Assembly: GCA_964392445.1 (NCBI GenBank) | Contig: CAYMPD010000002.1 | Span: forward strand, 30,382-94,381 | Source of the DNA: an uncultured archaeon | GTDB lineage: Archaea; Aenigmatarchaeota; Aenigmatarchaeia; CG10238-14 | DNA length: 64,000 nt | Reading direction: 5' to 3' | Shown here: in pieces, positions 10,170 to 20,250 of the stretch | Position numbering within the stretch: the first letter of the stretch is position 1 | Layout: every line of letters starts with the position of its first letter | Made by a program: the position numbers and the translations under genes | Notes under the pieces: model-generated | What the model was told of the DNA's origin: nothing | The model's input: the letters and a program-made list of their open reading frames with translations, nothing else | The model's database searches: none

Positions 10170-11186
10170 CTAAAGTCCAAGTTTTAATTCATCTGATTTA
10201 TATCTAACTGAGCTCATTACTGTGTTAAAGTCACCAGTAACATCCAATCTCCAGGTCTGGGTTCGTTCACCCGTCAACATATCTTTCATCCAAGTTGTTT
10301 GACTATATACAGTACCTGGTGAATGGTCTTCAGGATAATGACATCTATGGAGGCGATCACGTCCAAATTCATATCTTTTACCTAATCCAGGTACCTCTAA
10401 AGAATGAATTGTTTTTGGTTCTACATATGCCCTACTAATAGGTTCTGGTGGTTGATATTGTCTTAAATCTGGTTCTCTAGCTAAAAAATTTGAAAGAACT
10501 TGCGATTCTTCTTCCACTCTTTTTAAAAAAGATTTAGCATCAAATGTTGGCTCTGGTTCTAAATATGCCATACTAAGAGGTTCCGGTGTTAAAGTCCCGG
10601 CTATAGTTTGATTAATTGCACTTTGAATTTCATTTCTAGGTGTCAGTTTTGGTCTATCTAATAAACTTCTGTATCTTTCAACAGTATCTTCTCTCATTCT
10701 TGTGAGAGCTTCATTGACATCTATACTTGTTGGTTGATATACAGGAACAACTGGTTCTGGAATTATTGGTTTGGGTAACTCGAATCCATGTAGTTCTCTA
10801 TATCCAAGATCATAATTTTCAATCCCAAATCTCCTTTCGTCATAATCTGGTGTTTTTATAGCGGGAAGAGGTTCTGGTCTTTCTGGGATACCTAATACAA
10901 GTTTTGCTCGATTCAAGGAATCTAACTCAGTAGCGGTTTGAGGAATTACTCCAGAAGATAGCATATCTACCCCCTGTCTCAGTCTATGACTTTCGTATCT
11001 CATTTCAGCTCCCGCCATTCTTTCATATGGGTCCATGGCCAAAGCTGGATTAGTAGGTATGTTGTTTGGTTGCATAAACTGTCTATGTTGATCTAATGCA
11101 GGAGCCATAGACTCCATCGCACTTCTATGTCCTGATTCTACAAAATCCGATATAGGCGCACCCATGGGTAATAGATGGTTTAACAT
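10170..11186 (-). CDS. Hypothetical Pro/Glu-rich soluble protein
   Basis: 338-aa ORF with repeated 'EPEP/LEPEP' and P-rich segments. It has no TM segment and no recognisable catalytic motif. Confidence 0.4.
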   Translation of the reverse strand: MLNHLLPMGAPISDFVESGHRSAMESMAPALDQHRQFMQPNNIPTNPALAMDPYERMAGAEMRYESHRLRQGVDMLSSGVIPQTATELDSLNRAKLVLGIPERPEPLPAIKTPDYDERRFGIENYDLGYRELHGFELPKPIIPEPVVPVYQPTSIDVNEALTRMREDTVERYRSLLDRPKLTPRNEIQSAINQTIAGTLTPEPLSMAYLEPEPTFDAKSFLKRVEEESQVLSNFLAREPDLRQYQPPEPISRAYVEPKTIHSLEVPGLGKRYEFGRDRLHRCHYPEDHSPGTVYSQTTWMKDMLTGERTQTWRLDVTGDFNTVMSSVRYKSDELKLGL

Positions 11187-11746
11187 AAGTTATAATAAAA
11201 TTTTTAATTTATTAAAGGGGTATCTAAAAAATATTTTATAATTCATCTATCTTTTAATCCAGAAACTAGCATAAAACCCCCCAACTATTAAAAAAATAAT
11301 TTTAGTATTTAATAAATATTTTATAGTAGACCGTAAGTCACGAGGTATCTATTCTTGTATATTTGCCTCGCATCTAGTAATCTTAATGCTTCTTCATACC
11401 CTTCTAGTTCTCTTAATCGAATTTCGACTGTCGTTGGAGACACCTATCTAATCTGCACATGACCTAAATTCCTGGGTTTAAAATGGACTCAAATCCAAAA
11501 TTAAAGTCAGTTTGTAAAAGAATGTCAAGAAAAAGAAGTAATATTGTCCCTATACAAGGAGAAATTATTGAAAACCCATCTATAAGTAGGTTTCCAGGAA
11601 GATCTACCCGGTAAATATTTTCATAATAACTACTCTTCAGTAATATTAACATTAAATAGAAGAAAATTTGACTTTAAGACTCCTTTGGTTTTTATATTCT
11701 TCTGAAGGCAATAATTATAACATCCTATGTACATGGGGGTGTACTT

Positions 11747-13906
11747 ATGCAGAAAATTTCCAACCGATTGGTATCGATAGTTATGACTTCTGTGATAATT
11801 ATGTCATTGATTTTCTCTGGTCCTACGCGTGCGCTTGACCTTTCTCTTTCGACTGATAAAGAATCCTATGGTGTCGGCGAACCTGTAGAGGTTGTTATGG
11901 ATATAGACATAGAAGTTGATGAGCTTGTTCCTTTTACCGATGCCAAAGTTGAGATATATGGCACCGAATCCTATAATTCAATGTTTACCAGTGAATGTAT
12001 TTTGGATAACTTAGATGAGGGAACACACCTCGAATGTACTACACAGGACCCGAGATTCCAGGAGGTTAAATTGGAATATATAGATGTTGAAAATCTTATT
12101 GGCAACAGAACAGCTGAGTTTAATTCTACTTATTATGAATGGGGTTATGGTTACGGGTATGGTTATGGTGAAGCAGTCACAGGCCAAATAGTACTGAGAA
12201 TAACTTGGGAATTACCTTCAGACTGGTCCTCAGGTAAATACCAGACGAAGGTCACAATTGGAACTGAAGAGGATATATTCAGAATAAGAAGAGAGTTCCC
12301 GGTTACTGAGAATTTCGAGGTCAGGAACATTGATGGTAAGATAGCTTATCTTTGCAGGGATTCTTCATGTGATTATGGGATAGAATCTGATATGATAGAT
12401 TGGCTGATGGCTAAGGGATGGGATGTGGATGGTAAACCTTCTGGTGAATGGACCGAAGATGAATTGGAATTCTATGATTTGATGGTTTGTTCGGATGAAT
12501 TGATAGCCTGTAAAGTGGACAATTATCCTGATGTTTATAATTCTCATAAGAACGGTATTCCATTTGTGGAAATAGGTGATTATTTTTATTTGTCTGCGGC
12601 TTACAGGTTTGATTATATTAACAGATACTTCGGCTCCCTGACAGAAGGGCATTTGTATGTGACTGAGGATGACCCTGTTACTGATGGTTATTCCGGAATG
12701 GTGAATGTTCTTTCGGATGAGAATAAGATGTTTGTGATGGATGATATTTATCTTGGCCCTGAAGTAATTGATCTGGCGGATGTTTCTAATGATAAAGGCG
12801 ATACAACATTGTTTAAGGTCGATGATACTGAAGGTCATGGAAGATATGCTTACTCCGGCTGGTTCTATAAATCTGATATTGAGGATTTAACTGGTGATGG
12901 AGACGAGATACTGGTTAGATTAATTAACTGGGTTCAGTGTGAGAAGACACTTGGGTGCGGTAGATCAAATATTGATCCTGATCTGACATCACCTATTGCT
13001 TTTAATGGCCAACCCAAAGGTTTACAGGAATTCTCGACTGTTGAACTGATGGTTGAGACTAATGAGGCTGCTACCTGTAGGGGAAGTATTGATGTTGATG
13101 AGGATTATGAGGACATGAATTTCATGTTCAGTGGGAGTAGATTAACACATAATTATATTTACAAGGACTTGTTGGATAATGGTAATCACACGGTTTATGT
13201 CCGATGTGAAGATAAGTATGGTAATGTTGCTGACACCAGTTATAGCTGGACTTTTGAGGTGGATGTTGGTATTCCCAAGAAGATAGCTTACTTATGCAGG
13301 GATGATGATTGTGATTACGGAATTGAGGATGAGATGATTACATGGTTACAGGATGAGGAATGGGAGGTTGAAGGTAAGAAATATGATGATTGGAGTGCTA
13401 TAGAATTTGAACATTCAGGTTTGATATTGTGTTCGGACGAGCTTGTTGCCTGTAAGGTTGAACCGGGTTCCTTGATTTACGAGTATCATAAATTACATGG
13501 TAAACCTTTCTTGGAAGTGGGTGATTTTAATTACTTATCTGCGGCTTACAGGTTCGGTTATGTTGATAATTATTTTGGGCAGTTCAAGAGAGGCCAGTTA
13601 TATATAACCCAGTCTGATCCTGTTACTGACGGTTTAACTGGTGATGTGAATGTATTGGCGAGTAATCCCAAAATGTCACTTATTCAGGATTATTTACTTT
13701 CCTTGGAGGTCGTTGACATAGCTGATGTGGATGTTGACAATTCCAGATCTACATTGTTTAGACTTGATGATGCTGACGGTCAGGGTCGTTATGCTTATGT
13801 TGGATGGTTCTATAATTCCTATCCTTCAGATTTGACTGTCGAGGGCAGGATGATACTGACTAGATTGTTGAATTGGGCAGTCTGTAATGACGCCAACGGA
13901 TGTTAG
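11747..13906 (+). CDS. Secreted protein with two tandem copies of a novel ~200-aa 'CxxCDYG...GRYAYxGWFY...W..C' domain
   Basis: The N-terminus has a signal peptide. A GYGYGYGYG segment is present. The two internal repeats begin KIAYLCRDSSCDYGIE… and KKIAYLCRDDDCDYGIE…. Each ends …GRYAY(S/V)GWFY…L(I/L)NW(V/A)(Q/V)C. Confidence 0.6.
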   Translation: MQKISNRLVSIVMTSVIIMSLIFSGPTRALDLSLSTDKESYGVGEPVEVVMDIDIEVDELVPFTDAKVEIYGTESYNSMFTSECILDNLDEGTHLECTTQDPRFQEVKLEYIDVENLIGNRTAEFNSTYYEWGYGYGYGYGEAVTGQIVLRITWELPSDWSSGKYQTKVTIGTEEDIFRIRREFPVTENFEVRNIDGKIAYLCRDSSCDYGIESDMIDWLMAKGWDVDGKPSGEWTEDELEFYDLMVCSDELIACKVDNYPDVYNSHKNGIPFVEIGDYFYLSAAYRFDYINRYFGSLTEGHLYVTEDDPVTDGYSGMVNVLSDENKMFVMDDIYLGPEVIDLADVSNDKGDTTLFKVDDTEGHGRYAYSGWFYKSDIEDLTGDGDEILVRLINWVQCEKTLGCGRSNIDPDLTSPIAFNGQPKGLQEFSTVELMVETNEAATCRGSIDVDEDYEDMNFMFSGSRLTHNYIYKDLLDNGNHTVYVRCEDKYGNVADTSYSWTFEVDVGIPKKIAYLCRDDDCDYGIEDEMITWLQDEEWEVEGKKYDDWSAIEFEHSGLILCSDELVACKVEPGSLIYEYHKLHGKPFLEVGDFNYLSAAYRFGYVDNYFGQFKRGQLYITQSDPVTDGLTGDVNVLASNPKMSLIQDYLLSLEVVDIADVDVDNSRSTLFRLDDADGQGRYAYVGWFYNSYPSDLTVEGRMILTRLLNWAVCNDANGC

Positions 13907-14147
13907 TGAAACAGAGGTAAAAGAATAATTTCTATGATATGGTCATACCACCGAACAAGAGTGACAGACTTTGATATCAAGAGAAAAGGAAACAAAATCA
14001 AAGTAGAAATTAAATTGTAATAAGGTATTAAATCCTTTTATTTTTTCTAAAAATATTTCTAAAACTTAATAGTGATTAAATAAAGTCACTAGAGAGTAGA
14101 TAACACTTAAATCTTTAATCTACTATCTTATTTACATTAAAACAATT

Positions 14148-14153
14148 GGAGGT
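14148..14153 (+). promoter_or_regulatory. Shine-Dalgarno-like 'GGAGGT' 8 nt upstream of the ATG at 14162
   Basis: The sequence reads ggaggtaaaaaaatATG. The same element precedes the paralog at 17875 (17863-17868). Confidence 0.5.
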
Positions 14154-14161
14154 AAAAAAAT

Positions 14162-15268
14162 ATGAAAAAACTAATAGCAGCAATGCTAACAGTTTTAATT
14201 GCAGCGATTCCAGTAATAGCAGATGAATTTCCGAACGAAGTTCCACCAGTAGATACTCCTCCGCAAGTTTATATGCTAAGTTCAGCATATGATATTTGTC
14301 AAGAGGATGATTCTGTAGGTGCACAACCAAATGGTTTTGATTTACAAATGGATGGGTGCCTGGAACTGGAAGATGAATGGAGATTTGAAGAGTATGCATT
14401 TACAGGTGAAAACCTGAATTATGTAGTTCTCGTCAGAGATTGTAACGGAGCAGAGGATATTTCCTATGCAAAGTTAACCGTTGATGGTGAGACTGAAGCT
14501 CTTTGTACAGAAGTCACTGGTGACTATATCGAAGATGCCACTCATGGTGGTTTATTCGAGGGTCAAGTTCCAGCCAAATGTGGTGGATTTGCTACAGAAG
14601 GTCTAGATAAGACTTACGATAAAGTCTATGAATGTACCTTAACAGTAGAACCATCATGGTATGGACCAAAATCAGTAAACATTGATGCATACGATCAAGC
14701 AGGAGCAGCCTCAACAATGGGAATAGCACAAAGCTGGTTCTTCAACCCAGCAGTTATTATAGATGTAGATACCAATGACGGTGCTGACTCAATCTGGTAT
14801 GAATTACCAGCAGGTCAGAACGTTGTGTTCCCAGGACAAACAACTATGTCCGGTAACAAATTGGTAGTTACAAACTTAGCTGAGGGTGGAGTAGACCTAT
14901 GGGCATTCATTGCAGCAACTGACTTTACAGACCCAACTCATTCGGGTGCTAGATGTCCAGTAAGCAATGTGATGGAAGCAGAAAACGCATTGGATTTCAG
15001 ATGTAAAATTGGTACATTTGAAGACGATGAATGGGACGACATGACAAACAAAGTTAACACGGCATCATGTGGTCCAGGTAGTTGTTACAATGCTTTACCA
15101 TTGTTGTACGGCTATGGTGAAACTACAAACAGTAATCTCGGTGCCAGTATGCCAAGTATAATTGGTAACTTAAAGTCAGCTGAATGTCAATTTAGACTGA
15201 CGGTACCAGATGAATGTACAGGAACTTTCACAGAAGGAAAACTGCAAGTAATCGTAAAAGCTGTTTAG
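14162..15268 (+). CDS. Secreted Cys-containing surface protein, short paralog of 17875..20157
   Basis: The signal peptide MKKLIAAMLTVLIAAIPVIADEFPNEVPP… closely resembles that of 17875. The C-terminal ~190 aa are homologous to the 17875 ORF and include a 326-bp block of 100 % nucleotide identity. Confidence 0.65.
   Translation: MKKLIAAMLTVLIAAIPVIADEFPNEVPPVDTPPQVYMLSSAYDICQEDDSVGAQPNGFDLQMDGCLELEDEWRFEEYAFTGENLNYVVLVRDCNGAEDISYAKLTVDGETEALCTEVTGDYIEDATHGGLFEGQVPAKCGGFATEGLDKTYDKVYECTLTVEPSWYGPKSVNIDAYDQAGAASTMGIAQSWFFNPAVIIDVDTNDGADSIWYELPAGQNVVFPGQTTMSGNKLVVTNLAEGGVDLWAFIAATDFTDPTHSGARCPVSNVMEAENALDFRCKIGTFEDDEWDDMTNKVNTASCGPGSCYNALPLLYGYGETTNSNLGASMPSIIGNLKSAECQFRLTVPDECTGTFTEGKLQVIVKAV
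14735..15060 (+). repeat. 326-bp block 100 % identical to 19648-19973 (paralogous secreted-protein genes)
   Basis: Direct comparison of the two coding regions: flanks are about 75-85 % identical, and this internal block has zero mismatches. Confidence 0.85.
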
Positions 15269-15282
15269 CGTTTAGAAGGAAT

Positions 15283-15310
15283 TCTTTCCTTTCTTTTTTT
15301 TATTTTTAAG
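15283..15310 (+). terminator. Hairpin plus T-tract terminator-like element after 14162..15268
   Basis: The sequence reads aggaattctttcctttcttttttttatttttaag: a short stem AGGAA/TTCCT followed by oligo-T. A near-identical element follows the paralog at 20165-20194. Confidence 0.4.
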
Positions 15311-15329
15311 AAAAAAATACGGTGAAAAA

Positions 15330-17687
15330 ATGATGAAGAAAATACTAACAATCACGGCCTTATTATTGTCGATTCAACTAATTCTAGCTTGTAAAACTCC
15401 TATAATTCGAAATGAATATGGTGTTCCTGTAAACCTTTACGGGGAAGGATACACTATAATCAACGGAACAGAATATCCTGAAGAAATCAAGATGTTAAAA
15501 TACAATCTCACGGTTCAAAATCTTAACGACGAAAAATTTTATCTTACATTTACTCCACTAAGCGGATTAAGTAATTATGTTTATGCGGGTACATACGAAA
15601 TAGAACCTTCTCAGACCCAAAAAGTAACAATGTCAGTTTACATAGATGGTTCCACCAAGTACGGGCAAATGTATGTCGAAGGATATTGCCAGGACGGGTT
15701 TGGAATTCCAGAAGGCTGGATGAACATGAGAATTTACGGTAGAGGAAATAGCGATCCACAATTCTGCAGTAACAATGTTTTATCATGTGGAGTTTACCCG
15801 GATTGCCAGGACTTAACCCAGATGAACGGTTGTTATGACGGTTATTATCGGAATTATGCGTGTGTATCTAACTCACCACAGTTTTCACAGACCTGTACGG
15901 AAACTTGTTGCCAACAATATGCAGGTAGTGACGGTTACTGTTATTTAGGAGAATGTATTAATCCAGATGATTCATGTATAGACGAATGCTTCTTTATTGG
16001 GGAGTCATGCTTGGAAGGTGATGTTTACAGTTGCATTCAACAAGAAGACGGTTGCAGGGATTTAATCAGAACAATGGACTGTGACACAGGTTGTTTCAAC
16101 GGTGAATGTGTTGATGGTTCTGGTATAAGAGGAAAGATAGCGTTCTTATGTGCAGAAGAGGAATGTGATGACGACCTAGAACCAGAAGTAATATCATGGT
16201 TAAGATTAGCAGGATGGTACGTGGAAGGTAAACCTATTGATCAATGGACAGTATCTTACATAGCAGGGTTCGATGTGGTAGCATGTTCAGACCAGACCGT
16301 AGCATGTAAACCAAGCTCAAACTCAGCACCTTATTATGCTCACAAAAACTTAGGAAAACACTTCCTAGAAATAGCAGATTACAGATATGCCCAGGCAGCA
16401 TTCAAACTCAATTATATCTCTAACCCATATTCAACATTAACAACTTCAAACAACATTTACGACACAGACGGGGATATTATCATGGAAATATTCCCAAGCT
16501 CGGTTCAGATATTCCCGACAGAGAAAAAAATGACAGTAAACCCGGACTACAGGTTAGAACCAGAAGTAATGGACGTGGCAGATGCAGGAGGAGACAACGG
16601 TAAATCAACTTTATTCAAGGTAGAATCCGAAGGCAGTCAGGGAAGATATACTTATGTTGGATGGTTCTACAGAGGAAATCCATCAGAATTAACAACAGAT
16701 GGCCAACAAATACTTGACAGAACTGTTTTATGGACTTATTGTGGTGACGCTTGTTTAATAGATCCCAACAGAAATTTACCACCTGTTGCAGTAGCAGAGA
16801 TAACACCTCACCCGGTTGCTTATGTTGACCAGATTGTTGAATTTGACGGTTCAGAATCTTATGATCCTGAAGAAGAACCTTTAACTTATTACTGGGATTT
16901 CGGAGACGGTACAAACTCCGGATGGATATCCAGTCCAGTAACTACTCATGTTTACACAGAACCCGATACTTATGATGTCACGCTTAAGGTTAATGATGGT
17001 GAACTGGAATCAGACCCAGTCACAACCGAACTAAGGGTCAAACCACAGATCCAGAATGCAGTGGCAGTTATATGTGCAGATGATTCCTGTAACGATAACA
17101 CCGAGCAGGATGTTATAGGTTTCCTTAGGGATAATGGTTTTTACGTCAAGGGTAAATCAGAAGGCAGCTGGACATACGAAGACTTGGGGGATTATGATTT
17201 CATGTTATGTGCTGATGCTTTGTCAGGATGTAATATCCATTCATGGTCAGATATTTACGAAAAACACATGGAAGACGGGATGGGATTCTTTGAACTTTCA
17301 GATTACAGATACCTGAGGGCAGCTGATGAATTCGGGTATATCACATGGTGGGTAGGATATGAGAAGAGTGACGATGAGATAAGAATTACAAGTACAGAAG
17401 ATGATATAACCGAAGGATTCAGCGGAGTAGTGAGAATATCCAACAGTCCTTCAGAAATGGTAGGTTTATATCACAGGAATTTAGGATCATCTATCAACCT
17501 GGCTGATATAACTAACAAAGATACGTCAACAATGTTCAGGGTAGATGCTTCAGGTTTCAGAGGAAGATATGCATTCTTGGGATGGTTCTACAAGAGATCA
17601 ACATCCGATTTAACACAAACAGGAGAGACATTATTACTAAGAGCTTTAAGATGGGTTCAGTGCGGGAATGTTAATAGTTGCAACTAG
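15330..17687 (+). CDS. Secreted Cys-rich protein: N-terminal domain paralogous to 21975, PKD-like segment, and two copies of the 'CxxC…GRYxxxGWFY' domain
   Basis: The N-terminus has a signal peptide. The segment CGVYPDCQDLTQMNGCYDGYYRNYAC aligns with 21975 (CGTYPDCQDLTKMDGCYDGYYRDYYC). Two repeats begin IAFLCAEEECDDD… and VAVICADDSCNDN…. Each ends GRYTYVGWFY… or GRYAFLGWFY…. Confidence 0.6.
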   Translation: MMKKILTITALLLSIQLILACKTPIIRNEYGVPVNLYGEGYTIINGTEYPEEIKMLKYNLTVQNLNDEKFYLTFTPLSGLSNYVYAGTYEIEPSQTQKVTMSVYIDGSTKYGQMYVEGYCQDGFGIPEGWMNMRIYGRGNSDPQFCSNNVLSCGVYPDCQDLTQMNGCYDGYYRNYACVSNSPQFSQTCTETCCQQYAGSDGYCYLGECINPDDSCIDECFFIGESCLEGDVYSCIQQEDGCRDLIRTMDCDTGCFNGECVDGSGIRGKIAFLCAEEECDDDLEPEVISWLRLAGWYVEGKPIDQWTVSYIAGFDVVACSDQTVACKPSSNSAPYYAHKNLGKHFLEIADYRYAQAAFKLNYISNPYSTLTTSNNIYDTDGDIIMEIFPSSVQIFPTEKKMTVNPDYRLEPEVMDVADAGGDNGKSTLFKVESEGSQGRYTYVGWFYRGNPSELTTDGQQILDRTVLWTYCGDACLIDPNRNLPPVAVAEITPHPVAYVDQIVEFDGSESYDPEEEPLTYYWDFGDGTNSGWISSPVTTHVYTEPDTYDVTLKVNDGELESDPVTTELRVKPQIQNAVAVICADDSCNDNTEQDVIGFLRDNGFYVKGKSEGSWTYEDLGDYDFMLCADALSGCNIHSWSDIYEKHMEDGMGFFELSDYRYLRAADEFGYITWWVGYEKSDDEIRITSTEDDITEGFSGVVRISNSPSEMVGLYHRNLGSSINLADITNKDTSTMFRVDASGFRGRYAFLGWFYKRSTSDLTQTGETLLLRALRWVQCGNVNSCN

Positions 17688-17862
17688 GACCAAGTACTAA
17701 TTCTGTATTCCTAATAGAAATTATATTTAGATAAGATATTAAATCTTTTTATTTTTACTAAAAGTACTACTAAACACTAATAAAATAGAAAAAAAGCTAC
17801 TAAATAGTAGATTAGAGTTAAATATCTATTTTAATAATTTATCTATAACTTTAAAAGACAAT

Positions 17863-17868
17863 GGAGGT
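17863..17868 (+). promoter_or_regulatory. Shine-Dalgarno-like 'GGAGGT' upstream of 17875
   Basis: The sequence reads ggaggttaaaaaATG. Confidence 0.5.
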
Positions 17869-17874
17869 TAAAAA

Positions 17875-20157
17875 ATGAAAAAATTACTAGCTTTAATGCT
17901 AGCAGTTTTAACAATAATGATACCAGTGATTGCAGATGAATTTCCAAATGATGTTCCACCAATAGATACCCCTCCACAAGTATATATGCTACATTCAGCG
18001 TATGATATTTGTAGTCCAGAAGAACCTTTTTGTGAGGGAACACCAGAGGTGGATTCGTGTCAAGTTTACGACTATGACCAATGTACAGGAATAAATGGAT
18101 GTAGTCTAGTATGTGACAGATATGTTGATGAAGATGGTATTTGTGATGGGAACAGCCCGTGTCATGTGACAATACAAGATGCTATAGATGTAGCCAGTCC
18201 TAGAGAGCTTATATGCGTTTTTCCTGGGACTTATGCTGAAACAGTGATAGTAAATAAGGATGATTTGACACTTAAATCGGTCTCACAACATGATGCAATA
18301 ATTCAACCTACTTCTGTGGGTATTTGGCCAAATGTTGGAGCGGTATCCATAAGGAACAACGGCGTAACTATTGATGGATTCGAAGTAGATGGATCTATTG
18401 CAAGTAAAAACGGTATTAACGTCTATGGAGCTAGTGATGTTACTATTAAAAATAATATTGTCCATGGAACAACCAACGAATGGGATGGAGTTGGTATCAT
18501 TGTTTGGGACTGGAACAGTGCTTATACTGTTGATAACGCACTAATTGAGAATAATGTGGTCTACGATACTGGTAGGATGGGTATCTTCTGTATGGATTAT
18601 GATACGACCAACAGTGAATACGATTTAACAGAAGGTCATGTAATTCGTTGTAATGAAGTATATGACACTTGGAAAAAAGGTGATGATTGGAGTGACGCTG
18701 GTGGAGCTATTCAGATCAATTTGGGTAAAGATTGTTCTATTACCGATAACCTTGTTTATAATACTCGGGATGGTAACAGAGGGGTATATATGTTCGGTTC
18801 AGGTAGTGGAAATATAATAAATGGAAACACACTAAGGAGTAATCCAATAGGCATACAACTTTGGATAAGCGGGGAAGGCGGAGCACCAATCGATTGGGAA
18901 GGTGATATAGCAGCTTCACCAGAGGTTGAAGAAAATAATATCTATGATAACACCAATTATGGGGCAATAAGCACAAATATCGCCGGTACAACTATGATAA
19001 TGGACGCAGAGGATAACTGGTGGGGAGATGCTTCAGGACCAACACATAGTTCTAATCCTGAGGGATCTGGTGATGCAGTGAGTGACAATGTTGATTATGA
19101 CCCATGGTCAACATCGGAATTTGAAATATCCGAATGTGAACCAGAACAAGTATCAATTTGTGATGGTACACCAGACTCATGTGGAATATTAGCAAGTTAT
19201 GGAGAACCTAAGTGTACAGAGACGCAAGGTTGTGTATGGAGAGATTACGGAGGGAGTCAACCTAATGGGTTTGACTTACAGATGGATGGTTGTTTAGATT
19301 TAAACGACGAATGGAGATTTGAGGAGTACGCATTTACAGGAGAACAATTACTCTATGAGATACTTGTCAGAGATTGTAACTTAGCCGAGGATATTTCCTA
19401 CGCTAAGATAACAGTTAACGATGAAGTTGAGGCTTTGTGTAATCAAATACCAGCTTCAGAAGGAGATTACTCAGATCAGGTTCCAGTAAAGTGTGGCGGT
19501 AGTGCAGACGCAGGTTTTGATCCCGAATATGATAAAGTATTCGAATGTGTCTTGACAGTGGAACCATCATGGTACGGTCCAAAATCAGTGAACATCGAAG
19601 CATACGATCAAATTGGATCTGCCTCAACGATGGGTATAGCTCAATCTTGGTTCTTCAACCCAGCAGTTATTATAGATGTAGATACCAATGACGGTGCTGA
19701 CTCAATCTGGTATGAATTACCAGCAGGTCAGAACGTTGTGTTCCCAGGACAAACAACTATGTCCGGTAACAAATTGGTAGTTACAAACTTAGCTGAGGGT
19801 GGAGTAGACCTATGGGCATTCATTGCAGCAACTGACTTTACAGACCCAACTCATTCGGGTGCTAGATGTCCAGTAAGCAATGTGATGGAAGCAGAAAACG
19901 CATTGGATTTCAGATGTAAAATTGGTACATTTGAAGACGATGAATGGGACGACATGACAAACAAAGTTAACACAGCATCATGTAGCCCAGATATGTGTTT
20001 CAATGCATTACCGTTGTTAGAAGGTCATATGATGGAACAACAGAGTATAATCGGTAACTTGAAGTCAGCTGAATGTCAATTCAAGTTGACAATACCAGAT
20101 CAGTGCACAGGAACCTTCACGGAAGGACAATTACAAGTAATTGTTAAAGCTGTTTAG
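17875..20157 (+). CDS. Secreted right-handed beta-helix protein; long paralog of 14162..15268
   Basis: The signal peptide is MKKLLALMLAVLTIMIPVIADEFPNDVPP…. Beta-helix repeats are present (NNIVHGTTNEWDGVGIIVWD…, NNIYDNTNYGAIS). The motif DNWWGDASGPTHSSNPEGSGDAVSDNVDYDPW matches the ORF at 2000. The C-terminal domain is identical or near-identical to 14162..15268. Confidence 0.65.
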   Translation: MKKLLALMLAVLTIMIPVIADEFPNDVPPIDTPPQVYMLHSAYDICSPEEPFCEGTPEVDSCQVYDYDQCTGINGCSLVCDRYVDEDGICDGNSPCHVTIQDAIDVASPRELICVFPGTYAETVIVNKDDLTLKSVSQHDAIIQPTSVGIWPNVGAVSIRNNGVTIDGFEVDGSIASKNGINVYGASDVTIKNNIVHGTTNEWDGVGIIVWDWNSAYTVDNALIENNVVYDTGRMGIFCMDYDTTNSEYDLTEGHVIRCNEVYDTWKKGDDWSDAGGAIQINLGKDCSITDNLVYNTRDGNRGVYMFGSGSGNIINGNTLRSNPIGIQLWISGEGGAPIDWEGDIAASPEVEENNIYDNTNYGAISTNIAGTTMIMDAEDNWWGDASGPTHSSNPEGSGDAVSDNVDYDPWSTSEFEISECEPEQVSICDGTPDSCGILASYGEPKCTETQGCVWRDYGGSQPNGFDLQMDGCLDLNDEWRFEEYAFTGEQLLYEILVRDCNLAEDISYAKITVNDEVEALCNQIPASEGDYSDQVPVKCGGSADAGFDPEYDKVFECVLTVEPSWYGPKSVNIEAYDQIGSASTMGIAQSWFFNPAVIIDVDTNDGADSIWYELPAGQNVVFPGQTTMSGNKLVVTNLAEGGVDLWAFIAATDFTDPTHSGARCPVSNVMEAENALDFRCKIGTFEDDEWDDMTNKVNTASCSPDMCFNALPLLEGHMMEQQSIIGNLKSAECQFKLTIPDQCTGTFTEGQLQVIVKAV

Positions 20158-20164
20158 GAGGAAA

Positions 20165-20194
20165 TTTCTTTCCTTTCTTTTTTATTTTTCTTAT
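20165..20194 (+). terminator. Hairpin plus T-tract terminator-like element after 17875..20157
   Basis: The sequence ggaaatttctttcctttcttttttatttttc has a stem GGAAA/TTTCC followed by oligo-T. It is paralogous to the element at 15283-15310. Confidence 0.4.
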
Positions 20195-20250
20195 ATCAAA
20201 CCTTAGTTTTTAGATAACACTTTTATAATTTACTTTTAATCACATATTCT

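Noticed and set aside
12365-12838. 157-aa antisense ORF within 11747..13906, and similar ORFs at 15550, 16615, 18740, 19415, 22297, 22837 and 25254
   Set aside because: These are shadow ORFs opposite long, well-supported genes and show no motifs.
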